The notes beneath the pieces are model-generated. The model was not told the origin of the DNA and did not search any database. It saw only the letters and a list, made by a program, of their open reading frames with translations. From Candidatus Limnocylindria bacterium (GTDB taxonomy: Bacteria > Chloroflexota > Limnocylindria > QHBO01): DNA of 58,914 bases. Below are positions 18,450 through 28,876 of this stretch, piece by piece. The first letter of the stretch is position 1; each line of letters begins with the position of its first letter. Where the stretch lies: contig JBIOTW010000037.1 of assembly GCA_044866355.1 (NCBI GenBank), positions 1 to 58,914 on the forward strand, given 5' to 3'. The translations under genes and the position numbers were made by a program.

Positions 18450-19753
18450 TCGGCCGCCTACCGCGGTCTCCGGGGTGGACCGGTCTCAAGCTCGACCAGC
18501 TTGATGCGGAGCGCGAGCGCCCGTACTGGATCGCGTTGTCCCAGGTGCCGGGCCTGGGGCCGGCGGCCTTTGCCAGGCTGCTGGCCACCGCGGGGACGCT
18601 GCGCGCGGCCTGGGGTGAGGGTGCCGTCGACCTGGCGATAGCGGAGCTTCCTCCGGCGACCGCCCCTGCCGCGGCCGAGACGGTCCGTGCCATTCGTGGC
18701 CGGGGCGTGCGTCGCGCGGCGGCTGACCTGATGGCCCAGGCGCGGCGCCACGGCGCCCTGGCGATCACGGCTCTTGACCCACTCTACCCGCCATCCCTCG
18801 CCCACCTGGACCCGCGTCCCCCGGTCCTCTGGGCGTCCGGCGACCATGCCGCTTGGCAGACCCCAGGCGTCGCGGTCGTCGGGACCCGGCGCCCCAGCGG
18901 CTACGGGCGCGCCGCCGCCGAGGAGATCGGCGACGAGCTGGCTCGCGCCGGTGTGGTCGTGATCTCGGGTCTGGCCGTTGGCGTCGATGCGGTCGCCCAT
19001 GCGGCCGCGGTCGCGGCCGGCGGACGGAGCACGGCCGTCCTCCCCTCACCCATCGACCGCATCTATCCGCCCATCCACCGCGAGCTGGCGAACCGAATGC
19101 TGGCGGCGAAGGGCGCGCTGCTCACCGAGCTGCCGCCAGGTCGCCGGCTGGGACGTCCCGACTTCGCGCGCCGGAATCGGATCATCGCCGGCCTGGCCGA
19201 AGCGGTGGTCGTGGTCGAAGCGCCGGATCGATCAGGGGCCCTGCTGACCGCGGATGCTGCGATCGCCCTCGGCCGCGAGCTGTTCGCGGTGCCGGGTCCC
19301 ATGGACGCGGCCACCTCGCGCGGCACGAACCGCCTGATCGCCGACCACCTGGCAACCCTCGTGACCTCACCACCTGCCCTGCTGCACATGGTCGGCCTGC
19401 GTCGCGGCCGAATGCCGGTCAGTGTCCGTTCGCTGTCCGAGGCCGAGGGCCTGGTCCTGGCCGCCGTCCTGCGTCGGTCAGCGTCCATCGAGGAGCTGGT
19501 GGACGGCACCCAGCTGTCCACCTCGGCCCTGGCGGCCACGCTCACCATGTTGGAGGCGCGCGGGCTCGTGACGGCCTACGCGGGCGCCACATTTCACCCT
19601 ACCCTGGCCGCCCGCCGCAGCGGCTGGGGGCGACGCCCCGGTGACAAAGCGCACCAGTCAGTTGACCGCGTCGGGCTATACTCCCGCGATCCTACGACTC
19701 CCGGGCCGTCCGAAAGGCGGACCCGCCGGTCCGCAGGAGCAATTGTCTATTGA
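18446..19753 (+). CDS. dprA: DNA-processing protein DprA
   Basis: AVVGTRRPSGYG, ISGLAVGVDAVAH, FARRNRIIAGL, SGALLTA and FAVPG motifs, C-terminal winged helix. Confidence 0.95.
   Translation: MIGRLPRSPGWTGLKLDQLDAERERPYWIALSQVPGLGPAAFARLLATAGTLRAAWGEGAVDLAIAELPPATAPAAAETVRAIRGRGVRRAAADLMAQARRHGALAITALDPLYPPSLAHLDPRPPVLWASGDHAAWQTPGVAVVGTRRPSGYGRAAAEEIGDELARAGVVVISGLAVGVDAVAHAAAVAAGGRSTAVLPSPIDRIYPPIHRELANRMLAAKGALLTELPPGRRLGRPDFARRNRIIAGLAEAVVVVEAPDRSGALLTADAAIALGRELFAVPGPMDAATSRGTNRLIADHLATLVTSPPALLHMVGLRRGRMPVSVRSLSEAEGLVLAAVLRRSASIEELVDGTQLSTSALAATLTMLEARGLVTAYAGATFHPTLAARRSGWGRRPGDKAHQSVDRVGLYSRDPTTPGPSERRTRRSAGAIVY
19640..19682 (+). promoter_or_regulatory. Internal promoter with CRP/FNR-like site
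   Basis: GGTGA-N6-GCACC at 19640-19655 and TATACT at 19677-19682. Confidence 0.5.
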
Positions 19754-21390
19754 CCTCTCCGCCGACACGCGTCGCGGGGGAATTCGGCCGGTTGGTCGTG
19801 GTGGCTGAGCCGCTGCGACGTCACCAGGCCTTCACGCATCTGCTCATCACCATCACGGCGCTGGCTGTCGCGGTGGTGTTCGCGCTGCCCACCGCCCCCC
19901 TCATCCAGGCCGGGTTGCGCACGCCCTCTCGGCAGGGATCGATCCTCCCAGCCAACCTGGGCGCCGGCGTGGCGAGCACCGAGGGCGTGGTCCTCCAGTT
20001 CCCCGGCCCCATGGACCGGGACTCGGTCCGCTCGCGCCTGGGCCTGGCGCCGGCCACCGATGTGCGGTTCCTGTGGAGCGCCGACTCCAGCTCGGTGACC
20101 ATCGTCCCCTCGGTCCATTGGGCCACGGACCAGCGCTACGCCATTCACGTGCCGGCGGGCACGGTCATGGCCGATGGCGGAGCCTTGACGGCGGATTGGC
20201 GGGCGTCGTTCACGACCCAGACCGCCCCGCGCGTGCTGAGCCTCGCCGTTTCGGGCGTGACGGGCACGCCCACCGCGGACACCCCCATCGTCATTCAGGA
20301 GGTGATGGCCTCCGCGGGCTATCCCGATTCAGCGCTCAGCGCCGCGACTGACGACGTCGCCGTCGATGCCAGCGCCGGCTCAGCGATCGGCCTCACCTTC
20401 AGCGCTGCCATGGACCGCATCCAGACCGAGAAGTCGTTCTGGATCACTCCCGCGGTGACCGGTGTGTTCGGCTGGCAGGGGACAACCCTGTGGTTCACTC
20501 CTGACCAGCGCCTGGTGCCCGGGGTGCGGTACTCCATCAGCGTGGCCGGTGGCCGTGACGCGGACGGCGCCCGCCTCGGCGGCGACACGAGCTTCTCGTT
20601 CACCACCCGGCCTGGCGGCCAGGCATTGACCGTCAGCCCGGCCATTGGAGAGACCGGCATCAGCGGACAGACGGTGACCATCGGCTTCAGCCAGCCCATG
20701 GACCGCGACGCGACGGCCGCGGCCTTCGTCTTGGCGGACACCGTCACCGACGAGCAGCTGGCGGGCCAGTTCGCCTGGAGTGCTGACTCGCGGACCCTGA
20801 CCTTTACCGCCGCCGACGCCCTCGTGGCCGGGCGAACGTACGCCGCCCGGCTGGATCCTGGGGCCCGCGACGCGGATGGCAATCCGGTCGGCATCGCATG
20901 GCAGTTCACGACTGCAGGTCCAGCCCCAGCGCCAGCGCCAGCGCGCTCGTTCGCACCCGCTCCCGCGGCGTCAGCCGCATCCGACATGGTTCAGTACGCC
21001 TTGAACCAGGTCAATGCCGCCCGTGCGTCCTACGGAATTGCGCCGCTGAGCCTGGATTCGGCCATCTCCGCGGTCGCCTACGCCCACGCCGCGGACATGC
21101 TGGTCAACGGCTACTTCAGCCACACCTCGCTGGACGGCACCACGTACAAGCAGCGGCTCACGAACGCGGGCATCTCGTATGGTTGGTCCGGTGAGAACCA
21201 GTGCTACCTCGGCTACGGCGGAGGCGTTCAGGCCACCCTGGACTGGTGTCACGCCCAGTTCTGGGCCGAGCCCTACCCGGGCGGCGGGAACCACAAGGAC
21301 AACATCCTGAACCCCAATTTCCGGCGTATCGGAATCGGGATCGCGGTGGGCTCAAACAAGGTGATCGTGGTCTGGGACTTCACCGACTGA
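19750..21390 (+). CDS. Membrane-anchored protein with tandem Ig-like (Big_5-like) domains and C-terminal CAP domain
   Basis: One TM helix, three F-x-x-x-M-D-R repeats ending in FTT, PA linker, CAP motifs VNAARASYG, HAADMLVNGYFSH, GEN and HKDNILNPNFRRIGIG. SD AGGAG. Confidence 0.87.
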   Translation: MTSPPTRVAGEFGRLVVVAEPLRRHQAFTHLLITITALAVAVVFALPTAPLIQAGLRTPSRQGSILPANLGAGVASTEGVVLQFPGPMDRDSVRSRLGLAPATDVRFLWSADSSSVTIVPSVHWATDQRYAIHVPAGTVMADGGALTADWRASFTTQTAPRVLSLAVSGVTGTPTADTPIVIQEVMASAGYPDSALSAATDDVAVDASAGSAIGLTFSAAMDRIQTEKSFWITPAVTGVFGWQGTTLWFTPDQRLVPGVRYSISVAGGRDADGARLGGDTSFSFTTRPGGQALTVSPAIGETGISGQTVTIGFSQPMDRDATAAAFVLADTVTDEQLAGQFAWSADSRTLTFTAADALVAGRTYAARLDPGARDADGNPVGIAWQFTTAGPAPAPAPARSFAPAPAASAASDMVQYALNQVNAARASYGIAPLSLDSAISAVAYAHAADMLVNGYFSHTSLDGTTYKQRLTNAGISYGWSGENQCYLGYGGGVQATLDWCHAQFWAEPYPGGGNHKDNILNPNFRRIGIGIAVGSNKVIVVWDFTD

Positions 21391-21454
21391 CGGAATAGGC
21401 CGATAAGGGGCTCGTAACGGGGCCCCGCAGACCCGGTGCTACACTCGCCGACCG

Positions 21455-23707
21455 ATGGCGGGACCCCGGAGCACGGGCGGCGACCTCGTGATCGTCGAGT
21501 CGCCGGCCAAGGCGAAGACGATCGAGCGCTACCTCGGCGACGGATATCGCGTGCTGGCGTCATACGGCCATGTCCGCGATCTTCCCAAGCGTGGGCTGGG
21601 TGTGGACCTCGAGCACGACTTCGCTCCGCGCTACGAGCCCCTGCCCGATCGCAAGGACGAGCTCAAGCGCCTGACCGATGCGGCCCGCTCGGCGGGCCGG
21701 GTATGGCTGGCCACCGACCTGGACCGCGAGGGGGAGTCCATCGCGTGGCACATCGCCGAGCACGCCGGGCTGGCGGACGACCGCATTCGACGGGTGACCT
21801 TCAGCGAGATCACGCGTCCCGCCATCGAGAAGGCATTCGCCAGCCCGCGCGACCTGAACCACGACCTCGTGGACGCCCAGCAGGCACGACGCATCATCGA
21901 CCGGCTGGTGGGGTACAAGCTGAGCCCCCTGGTCGCCAGCAAGATCCGACGCGGCCTGACCGCCGGTCGCGTCCAGAGCGTGGCGGTCCGGATGGTGGTC
22001 GACCGCGAGCGCGACATTCAGGCCTTCACCGCGATCGAGTACTGGACCATCGCCGCCGACCTGCGTCGCCCGACGTCCGAGGCGCCATTCCGGGTGGGCC
22101 TGACCAGGATTGACGGCGAGAAGGCCCAAATCGGATCCCAGGCAGAAGCCGATACCCACGTCGCGGCCCTCCGAGAGGCGAGCTACCGCGTATCGGACGT
22201 AACCAAGACCAAGCGTCGCCAGGGACCGCCCGCTCCCTTCACGACCAGCACGCTCCAGCAGGAGGCGTCCCGCAAGCTCGGCTTTTCGGCCCGGCGGACG
22301 ATGTCCGCGGCCCAGGCCCTGTACGAGGGCATCGCGCTTCCCGGTGGCCAGGAGGGACTGATCACCTACATGCGCACCGATTCGGTGGCCATGGCCGCCG
22401 GCGCGGTGGCCGAGGCCCGCGGTGTCATCGCGAAGCGGTACGGCGCCGATTTCGTCCCGGAACGGCCGAATGCCTTCCGGACCCGGACCCGCGGGGCGCA
22501 GGAGGCGCACGAGGCCATCCGGCCGTCGAGCTTCGCGCGGACGCCGGAATCGGTGCAGGCCGCCCTCAAGCCGGACCAGTTCCGCCTGTACGACCTCATC
22601 TGGCGCCGGGCCATGGCCAGTCAGATGGCCGCGGCCCTGTTCGACCAGGTGGGCGTGGACGTCGAGGCCGGACGGTACCTGCTCCACGCCGGTGCGAGGC
22701 GCCGGGTGTTCGACGGATATCAGGCGGTCTACATCGAAGGCCGAGACGAGGAGGAGGACGAGGGCGCCACGCGGCTTCCGGAGCTGGCCGTCGGCGAGGC
22801 GTTGGAGCTGGTCGAGCTGGCCGCCGAGCAGCATTTCACCGAGCCGCCGCCGCGCTACAGCGAGGCGACCCTGATCCGGGCCCTGGAGGAACACGGCATC
22901 GGCCGCCCCTCCACCTACGCCCCGACCATGGAGGTCATCCGGGCTCGGGGCTATGTGACCGTCGAGGACCGCCGGCTGCATCCCACCGAGGAGGCCTTCC
23001 TGCTGACCGATCTGCTGACCGGCCACTTCGCGGATGTCGTCGACCCGGCGTTCACCGCCCGCATGGAGACCCAGCTGGACGAGGTGGCCGGCGGACGGCG
23101 CGAGTGGGTACCCATGGTGCGGGCCTTCTGGGAGCCGTTTGCCGAGCAGGTCGAACGCGGCAAGGTCGCGATTCCCAAGCAGGTCGAGGAGACCGACATC
23201 ATCTGCCCGGTCTCGGGACACCCGATGCTGAAGCGGCTCGGCCGCAACGGATGGTTCCTCGGCTGCAGCGGATACCCCGAGTGCAAGTTCACGATGCCAC
23301 TCCCCGGGGAGGAGGACCCGGCCATGGACCTGCCCGGGGCTGGGGAAACCTGCCCGCAATGCGGCCAGGGGACGCTGACCGCGAAGCGAGGCCGATACGG
23401 TCCCTTCGTGGGGTGCAGCCGCTACCCGGACTGCAAGTACATCCATCGCCCGGCGACGGCCACCAACGGCGATGCAGCCTCGGCTCCGCTCCCGGACCTG
23501 CCCGGCACGGGCGAGACATGCCCCGAATGCGGGAAGGGAACGCTCACCGCCAAGCGAGGCCGATACGGCCCGTTCGTGGGGTGCAGCCGCTACCCGGACT
23601 GTCGGTACATTCACAAGGCCGCGAGGACCGGCTCACGGCGCTCGGGCAAGGCGCGTGGGCGGGCGACGGGCCGTACGGCGGGGCGGCGGACCACCCGGCG
23701 TGGCTGA
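21455..23707 (+). CDS. topA: DNA topoisomerase I
   Basis: [37 protein letters not shown] and QEAHEAIRP motifs, three C4 zinc ribbons. Confidence 0.98.
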   Translation: MAGPRSTGGDLVIVESPAKAKTIERYLGDGYRVLASYGHVRDLPKRGLGVDLEHDFAPRYEPLPDRKDELKRLTDAARSAGRVWLATDLDREGESIAWHIAEHAGLADDRIRRVTFSEITRPAIEKAFASPRDLNHDLVDAQQARRIIDRLVGYKLSPLVASKIRRGLTAGRVQSVAVRMVVDRERDIQAFTAIEYWTIAADLRRPTSEAPFRVGLTRIDGEKAQIGSQAEADTHVAALREASYRVSDVTKTKRRQGPPAPFTTSTLQQEASRKLGFSARRTMSAAQALYEGIALPGGQEGLITYMRTDSVAMAAGAVAEARGVIAKRYGADFVPERPNAFRTRTRGAQEAHEAIRPSSFARTPESVQAALKPDQFRLYDLIWRRAMASQMAAALFDQVGVDVEAGRYLLHAGARRRVFDGYQAVYIEGRDEEEDEGATRLPELAVGEALELVELAAEQHFTEPPPRYSEATLIRALEEHGIGRPSTYAPTMEVIRARGYVTVEDRRLHPTEEAFLLTDLLTGHFADVVDPAFTARMETQLDEVAGGRREWVPMVRAFWEPFAEQVERGKVAIPKQVEETDIICPVSGHPMLKRLGRNGWFLGCSGYPECKFTMPLPGEEDPAMDLPGAGETCPQCGQGTLTAKRGRYGPFVGCSRYPDCKYIHRPATATNGDAASAPLPDLPGTGETCPECGKGTLTAKRGRYGPFVGCSRYPDCRYIHKAARTGSRRSGKARGRATGRTAGRRTTRRG
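23326..23610 (+). repeat. Duplicated zinc-ribbon coding segment in topA (about 117 bp, period 168)
   Basis: [40 protein letters not shown] occurs twice with near-identical DNA. Confidence 0.85.
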
Positions 23708-24734
23708 CCCGGCCGGACCCAAACCGCGCCACGCCGATGCCGCTATCGAGGGATTCCTCTCCCATCTCGCCACGCGGAACGCCGCCCCGGGCACGCTGAC
23801 CGAATATCGCCGCAACGTCACCGAGTTCCTCGATTTCGTGACCGGCCGCGGCGTGGACTGGCACGCTCCCGACCGCGCGACCGTGCGCGCCTGGCTGTCG
23901 GGCCTGGCCGAACGTGAGCTCTCCGCGTCGGCGGTCGGCTCCCGCCTCAGCGCGGTGCGGACCTTCTACCGCCACGCATCCCGCCAGGGGTGGATCGACG
24001 TGGATCCGCTGGCCGGTGTGCGGTCGCCGCGCCGCCCCGGGCGCCTGCCGAGGGTGCTGAGCCTCGACGAGGCCACCCAGCTGGTAGAGGCTCCATCACG
24101 TTGGACGCAGGACGGGCTCCCAACGCCGTCCGACGCCGCGCCCGGGCGCCGGCGCCGGCCAAACGTCGACCTGGACGCGTCCCTGTTGCGCCGCGACGCG
24201 GCCATCCTCGAGCTCCTGTACGCGACGGGCATGCGCATCAGCGAGCTCTCGGGGCTGACGCTGCCCGACATCGACCTCGGGCGCCGGCGACTGCGCGTGC
24301 TCGGCAAGGGCCGCAAGGAGCGGGACTTGATCTTCGGCCGTCCCGCGGCGGCGGCGCTGGGCGCCTACCTCGCCGGCGCGCGATCGTTCCTCGCCGCGCG
24401 CGCGCCCGCCTCCCGGACCGCGGGGGACGCCGCGTTCCTGAATGCCGCCGGGGGGCCGCTGTCCGCGCGCGGGGCCCGCATGGTCGTCGCCCGTTGGGTC
24501 GGCGCCACCCAGCCCGGGGGACGCACCTCGCCCCACACCCTGCGTCACACGTTCGCGACCCACCTCCTGGAAGGCGGCGCCGATCTGCGCACGGTCCAGG
24601 AGCTGCTGGGACATGCATCGGCCCAGACGACCCAGATCTACACCCACCTTTCGGATGCCGCCCTGCGCGCCGCATACCGCGCCTCGCATCCGCGCTCGGC
24701 TCGACGTCCATCCGAACCCTCGCGTGACCGCTGA
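23700..24734 (+). CDS. xerC: Tyrosine recombinase XerC-like
   Basis: [34 protein letters not shown] and LLGHAS..TTQIYTH motifs, downstream of topA. Confidence 0.88.
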   Translation: MADPAGPKPRHADAAIEGFLSHLATRNAAPGTLTEYRRNVTEFLDFVTGRGVDWHAPDRATVRAWLSGLAERELSASAVGSRLSAVRTFYRHASRQGWIDVDPLAGVRSPRRPGRLPRVLSLDEATQLVEAPSRWTQDGLPTPSDAAPGRRRRPNVDLDASLLRRDAAILELLYATGMRISELSGLTLPDIDLGRRRLRVLGKGRKERDLIFGRPAAAALGAYLAGARSFLAARAPASRTAGDAAFLNAAGGPLSARGARMVVARWVGATQPGGRTSPHTLRHTFATHLLEGGADLRTVQELLGHASAQTTQIYTHLSDAALRAAYRASHPRSARRPSEPSRDR

Positions 24735-24747
24735 CCGACCACCGGAC

Positions 24748-26316
24748 GTGACCGGCGCCGCCAGCGTCGTCCTGCGCGCGAGCCTGGTGATGAGTGTCGC
24801 CGCCGTCGCCAGCCGACTCCTGGGATGGGTCCGGCTGTTGGTCATCGGCGCGGAGTTCGGCGCCACCAACGAGCTGGACGCCTACCTCGCGGCGTTCCGC
24901 ATCCCGGACGCCATCTTCCAGCTCGTGGTCGCCGGCGCGCTGTCCGCGGCCCTCATCCCGGTGTACGCGGGGTATCGGGCTCGGGGCGAGGAGGCGGAGG
25001 GCTGGAAGCTGGCCGGCCACGTCATCAACCTGGTGGTCCTGGCCCTCGCCGCCCTCAGCGCCGTGATGGCCGTCGGCGCCCCGCGGCTGGTTCCGATCGT
25101 GGCCCCCGGCTTCGACGCGGAGACGACCGCACTCACGGTCCGACTGACCCAGGTGATGCTCCTGAGCCCGGTGTTCATCGGTCTGGGAGCCGTCGTCAGC
25201 GGCCTGCTCCAGACCCACGGCACCTTCGGGCCCACCGCCGTCGCGCCCCTGGTCTACAACCTGGCGATCATCGCCGCGGCGGTCTTCCTGGCCCCGGCGC
25301 TCGGAGTCGAAGCCCTCGCTGCCGGGGTCGTGGTCGGCTCCATCGGCCACCTGGTGGTCCAGCTCCCCGCGCTGCGACGGTTGGAGCCGGCCTGGCGCCC
25401 GCGCATCGACCTGCACCACCGGGGCGTGCAGCGCGTCGCGGGCCTGATGGGCCCGCGCCTGTTCGGCCTCGCGGCCGGCCAGGTCAACCTGATCGTGAGC
25501 ACCGCGCTGGCTTCCGGGCTGGCGGCGGGGAGCATCACGGCGTTCACCTACGCCTTCCAGCTCAGCCAGCTCCCGGTCGGCATCATCGGCGTATCGATCG
25601 CGGTCGCGCTGTTCCCCACCCTGTCCCGGGACGCGGCCCTCGGCCGCGCGTCGGAGATCCGGAGACAGGTCAATGCCAGCCTCCGCGTCCTGTTCTTCGT
25701 GGCCGCGCCCCTGGCCGCGCTGATGGTCGTTCTCCACGACCCGGTGGCATCGGTCTTCTTCGAGTACGGCCTGTTCAGCGCCGAGTCGGCGGACCGCACC
25801 GCATCCGCCCTGGCCTGGTTCGCCATCGGCGTGCCCGCCCACGTCGTGGTCCACGTCCTGACCCGGGCGTTCTATGCCATGCAGGACACGCGCACACCCG
25901 TCACCTGGGCGGTGGTTGCGGTCGTCGCCAACATCGGCCTCATGGTTCTCCTCATCGGTCCCATGGGCGTGGAAGGCCTGGCCCTGGCCATCTCGATCAG
26001 CGCCACGGTGGAGGTGGTTGGCCTCCTGTGGGCCCTCCGCATGCGGTTGGGTGGCCTCGACGGCTGGTCCCTCCTGGCGTCCGTGGCTCGATCAGGGATG
26101 GCCACCGCGGTCGCTTCGGCCGTGATGGCCGCCGCCTTCCTGGGGTTGGGCGCCGTACTGCCGGACCTCGAGGGGCATGCCGTGGGGCGGCTGCTGACCC
26201 TTCTCATCCCGGCAGCCGCTGGCGGGGCCGCCTATGTCCTGGTCGCCGCCGTCCTGCGCGCGCCCGAGCTCGCAACGCTGCGACGCATCCCGGGCCGTCC
26301 AACGGGTGGCGCATGA
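24748..26316 (+). CDS. murJ: Lipid II flippase MurJ (MviN)
   Basis: SRLLGWVR, AAFRIPD, GALSAALIP, QLPVGIIG and RAFYAMQDTRTP motifs. Confidence 0.95.
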   Translation: MTGAASVVLRASLVMSVAAVASRLLGWVRLLVIGAEFGATNELDAYLAAFRIPDAIFQLVVAGALSAALIPVYAGYRARGEEAEGWKLAGHVINLVVLALAALSAVMAVGAPRLVPIVAPGFDAETTALTVRLTQVMLLSPVFIGLGAVVSGLLQTHGTFGPTAVAPLVYNLAIIAAAVFLAPALGVEALAAGVVVGSIGHLVVQLPALRRLEPAWRPRIDLHHRGVQRVAGLMGPRLFGLAAGQVNLIVSTALASGLAAGSITAFTYAFQLSQLPVGIIGVSIAVALFPTLSRDAALGRASEIRRQVNASLRVLFFVAAPLAALMVVLHDPVASVFFEYGLFSAESADRTASALAWFAIGVPAHVVVHVLTRAFYAMQDTRTPVTWAVVAVVANIGLMVLLIGPMGVEGLALAISISATVEVVGLLWALRMRLGGLDGWSLLASVARSGMATAVASAVMAAAFLGLGAVLPDLEGHAVGRLLTLLIPAAAGGAAYVLVAAVLRAPELATLRRIPGRPTGGA

Positions 26317-27374
26317 GGTTCCGGCCGGCCCAGGAAGAGGATCGGGATGCCTGGCAGGAGCTCCTCGGCAGCGTGCCCAGTGGGGACTTCCTCCACGACT
26401 GGGGATGGGCCGCGGTCGCGGCGCACGACGGAACGCCGCAGCGCCGCTACGTCCTGCTCGACGGCGACAACCCGGTAGCCCTGGCCGCGGCCCAGGTGCG
26501 GCCCATCGCGTTGGGGCGGAGCTTCTGGTACGTCCCGCACGGCCCGGTGACCGATTACGCAGATCCAGCGGCGGGTGCGAGACTCCGCGCCCTGGTCGAG
26601 GGGCTGGTCGAGGAGGCACGCGCGGACGGGGCGGTGGCGCTCCGCCTCGAGCCACGCGTCGCAACCGATACTCTCGAGGTCGCGACCCTGGACGACGTCG
26701 CGGGCCGGGTCCCCGAGCGGCTGCAGGTGGGCCAGACCCGAATCGTGGACCTGGCCGATGACGAGACCCTGCTGGCCGGATTTGACGCCGACACGCGATA
26801 CGCCGTGCGCCGGGCGGCTCGCGACGGCGTGGAGGTCGGCATCGTCACCGACCCGGAGGACCACTCGGCCGTGGAGCGGCTCCACGAGCTGGTGCGTGCC
26901 ACCCAGCGCCGCGCCGGGTTCCGTCTGCCCCCGCTCGACCGATACTGGGCCGCGTGGCAGGCCCTGGCCGGGGCCGGACGAGCGTGCCTGATGGAGGCCC
27001 GGCGGGACGGCGAGGTGCTCGCCAGCGGGATGCTCGTGATTGAGGGCGCACAGTCGTTCTACCTGTTTGCCGGCTCGCGACGGGAGGCCGCGGGGGAGCC
27101 GAAGCACTACGCCTCATACGCCGCGCAGTGGGCCATGATGCGCGAAGCCCGGGCGCGGGGTGCCGCGCGCCACGACCTGTGGGGCGTGGCACCGGCCGGT
27201 GTCGGCCCGGATCATCCGTGGTATGGGGTGGGGCTGTTCAAGAAGGGATTCGGGGGTCGTGAGGTGACCTGGGCGGGGAGCTGGGAGATCGTGGTCGACC
27301 CCCTCGCGTACCGCCTGCGCGCCGCCGTGGCCCGCCTCCGCGGCCGGCGCCGAACCCCGCAGGACGTGCCATGA
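26313..27374 (+). CDS. FemAB/FemX family peptidoglycan bridge aminoacyltransferase
   Basis: FLHDWGW, YVPHGPV, DLWG and GVGLFKKGFGG motifs. ATGA overlap with murJ. Confidence 0.9.
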   Translation: MRFRPAQEEDRDAWQELLGSVPSGDFLHDWGWAAVAAHDGTPQRRYVLLDGDNPVALAAAQVRPIALGRSFWYVPHGPVTDYADPAAGARLRALVEGLVEEARADGAVALRLEPRVATDTLEVATLDDVAGRVPERLQVGQTRIVDLADDETLLAGFDADTRYAVRRAARDGVEVGIVTDPEDHSAVERLHELVRATQRRAGFRLPPLDRYWAAWQALAGAGRACLMEARRDGEVLASGMLVIEGAQSFYLFAGSRREAAGEPKHYASYAAQWAMMREARARGAARHDLWGVAPAGVGPDHPWYGVGLFKKGFGGREVTWAGSWEIVVDPLAYRLRAAVARLRGRRRTPQDVP

Positions 27375-28876
27375 CCGAGCGAACGATGGGCCTCGGGGCC
27401 CTGGCCGACGTCGTGGCTCCCGACCGTGTGCTGGGCGTGCCCGCGGGAGACGTGACCGCCCTCACCCTCGACAGCAACGACGTGGTACCCGGCGCGGTGT
27501 TCTTCGCCATTCCCGGCCACGTCCATGACGGCTGGACCTTCGTTCCCGAGGCCGCCTCCCGCGGCGCGCTGGCGGTGGTGGCCGAGCGCGAGACGCCAGG
27601 CCTGGCGATCCCCCAGCTCATCGTGTCGAATGCTCGCCACGCGGTGGCTGATGCGGCCGATGCCTGGTTCGGCAAGCCATCCGAACGACTGCGGGTGTAC
27701 GGGATTACCGGGACCGATGGGAAATCCACCACCGCCTTCCTGGCCGTGGGCATCCTGCTCGCCGCCGGTCGGAAGCCGGGCCTGGTGGGAACCGTCGATG
27801 TGCGGGTGGGTGACCAGCAGACGGCTTCCACCAGCCGGACCACGACGCCGGAGGCCATCGAGCTGCAACGCCTGCTGGCCGACATGGTCGACGCGGGGAA
27901 CGACAGCGTCGTGATCGAGGCCACCTCCCACGGGCTCGCGCAAGCGCGCGTCCGCAACTGCCGATTCCGGGTGGCGGTGGTGACGACCATCACCAGCGAG
28001 CACCTGGAGTTCCACGGCACGGTGGAGGCGTATCGAGACGCCAAGGCGATCCTGGTCGAGGAGGCGCCGGTCGCCGTCCTCAACCGCGACGACGCCAACT
28101 TCGAGTTCCTGCGCGAGCGGGCGACAGGCGCCGTCATCGGCTACGGCATCGAGGCTGAGGCGGACCTCCGCGCCTCGGCCCTTGATCTGGGGCCCCACGG
28201 CAGTCGGTTCCACGTGACCGGTCCGCGGTGGGCCGGCCCGGTGACGATCCAGCTCCCAGGTCGATTCAACGTCAGTAACGCCCTCGCCGCGCTGGGCCTC
28301 GCCGAAGCCGAGGGCCTGGATCCCGAGCAGGCCGCAGTGGCGCTGGGCCAGGTGCGCGGCGTCCCGGGGCGCATGGAGCGCATCGACCTCGGTCAGCCGT
28401 TCGGCGTCATCGTTGACTACGCCCACACGGCAGATGCATTGGGCAAAGTCCTCCGCGAGCTGCGGCCCCTGACCGCGGGGCGCCTGATCGTGGTGTTCGG
28501 GTCCGCCGGCGACCGTGACCGGACGAAGCGTCCGGTCATGGGCCGGGTCGCCGGGGAGCTGGCCGACCTGGTGGTGGTCACCGACGAGGACCCGCGCACC
28601 GAAGCGCCATGGGAGATCAACGAGGAGATCGCGCGGGGCGCTCGCGAGGCCGGAGCCAAAGACCGCGAGACGCTGTGGACGATCGACGACCGACGCACGG
28701 CCGTCGCCCACGCCCTGCGCCTGGCCGAGGCCGGCGACATGGTCCTCCTGGCCGGCAAGGGCCATGAGCCGAGCATCATCTACGGCGACGACCGGCGCTG
28801 GTGGGACGAGCGCGAGGTTGCGCGCCAGGAGCTGCGCGCGATCGGATATGGGACCGATGAGCAGCCCGCCGCCTGA
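27371..28876 (+). CDS. murE: UDP-MurNAc-dipeptide amino acid ligase MurE
   Basis: GITGTDGKST, TTPE, EATSHGL, HLEFH, VPGRME, VDYAHT, GDRDRTKR, EDPR and LAGKGHE motifs. Confidence 0.95.
   Translation: MTERTMGLGALADVVAPDRVLGVPAGDVTALTLDSNDVVPGAVFFAIPGHVHDGWTFVPEAASRGALAVVAERETPGLAIPQLIVSNARHAVADAADAWFGKPSERLRVYGITGTDGKSTTAFLAVGILLAAGRKPGLVGTVDVRVGDQQTASTSRTTTPEAIELQRLLADMVDAGNDSVVIEATSHGLAQARVRNCRFRVAVVTTITSEHLEFHGTVEAYRDAKAILVEEAPVAVLNRDDANFEFLRERATGAVIGYGIEAEADLRASALDLGPHGSRFHVTGPRWAGPVTIQLPGRFNVSNALAALGLAEAEGLDPEQAAVALGQVRGVPGRMERIDLGQPFGVIVDYAHTADALGKVLRELRPLTAGRLIVVFGSAGDRDRTKRPVMGRVAGELADLVVVTDEDPRTEAPWEINEEIARGAREAGAKDRETLWTIDDRRTAVAHALRLAEAGDMVLLAGKGHEPSIIYGDDRRWWDEREVARQELRAIGYGTDEQPAA

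Noticed and set aside
21399-21406. sigma28-type -10 element GCCGATAA
   Set aside because: No matching TAAA -35, and a good extended sigma70 -10 (TGCTACACT) lies nearer topA.
23326-23610. topA internal duplication as a novelty
   Set aside because: Variable numbers of C4 zinc ribbons are normal for TopA.
23700-24734. Tyrosine recombinases as phage or island integrases (also 51822-52718)
   Set aside because: XerC/XerD-type motifs in housekeeping context with no cargo or att repeats seen. No dif-like site noticed either.
24731-24751. CTG-initiated micro-ORFs bridging xerC-murJ (also at 52715 and 55553)
   Set aside because: They need a rare CTG start, have little or no repeat support, and have about a 1-in-3 chance of the right frame, so they were not counted as relays.
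24825-26312. Apparent 849-aa FemAB with a long N-terminal extension
   Set aside because: The extension overlaps murJ in another frame and is Arg/Gly/Pro-rich noise. The real start is the ATGA at 26313.
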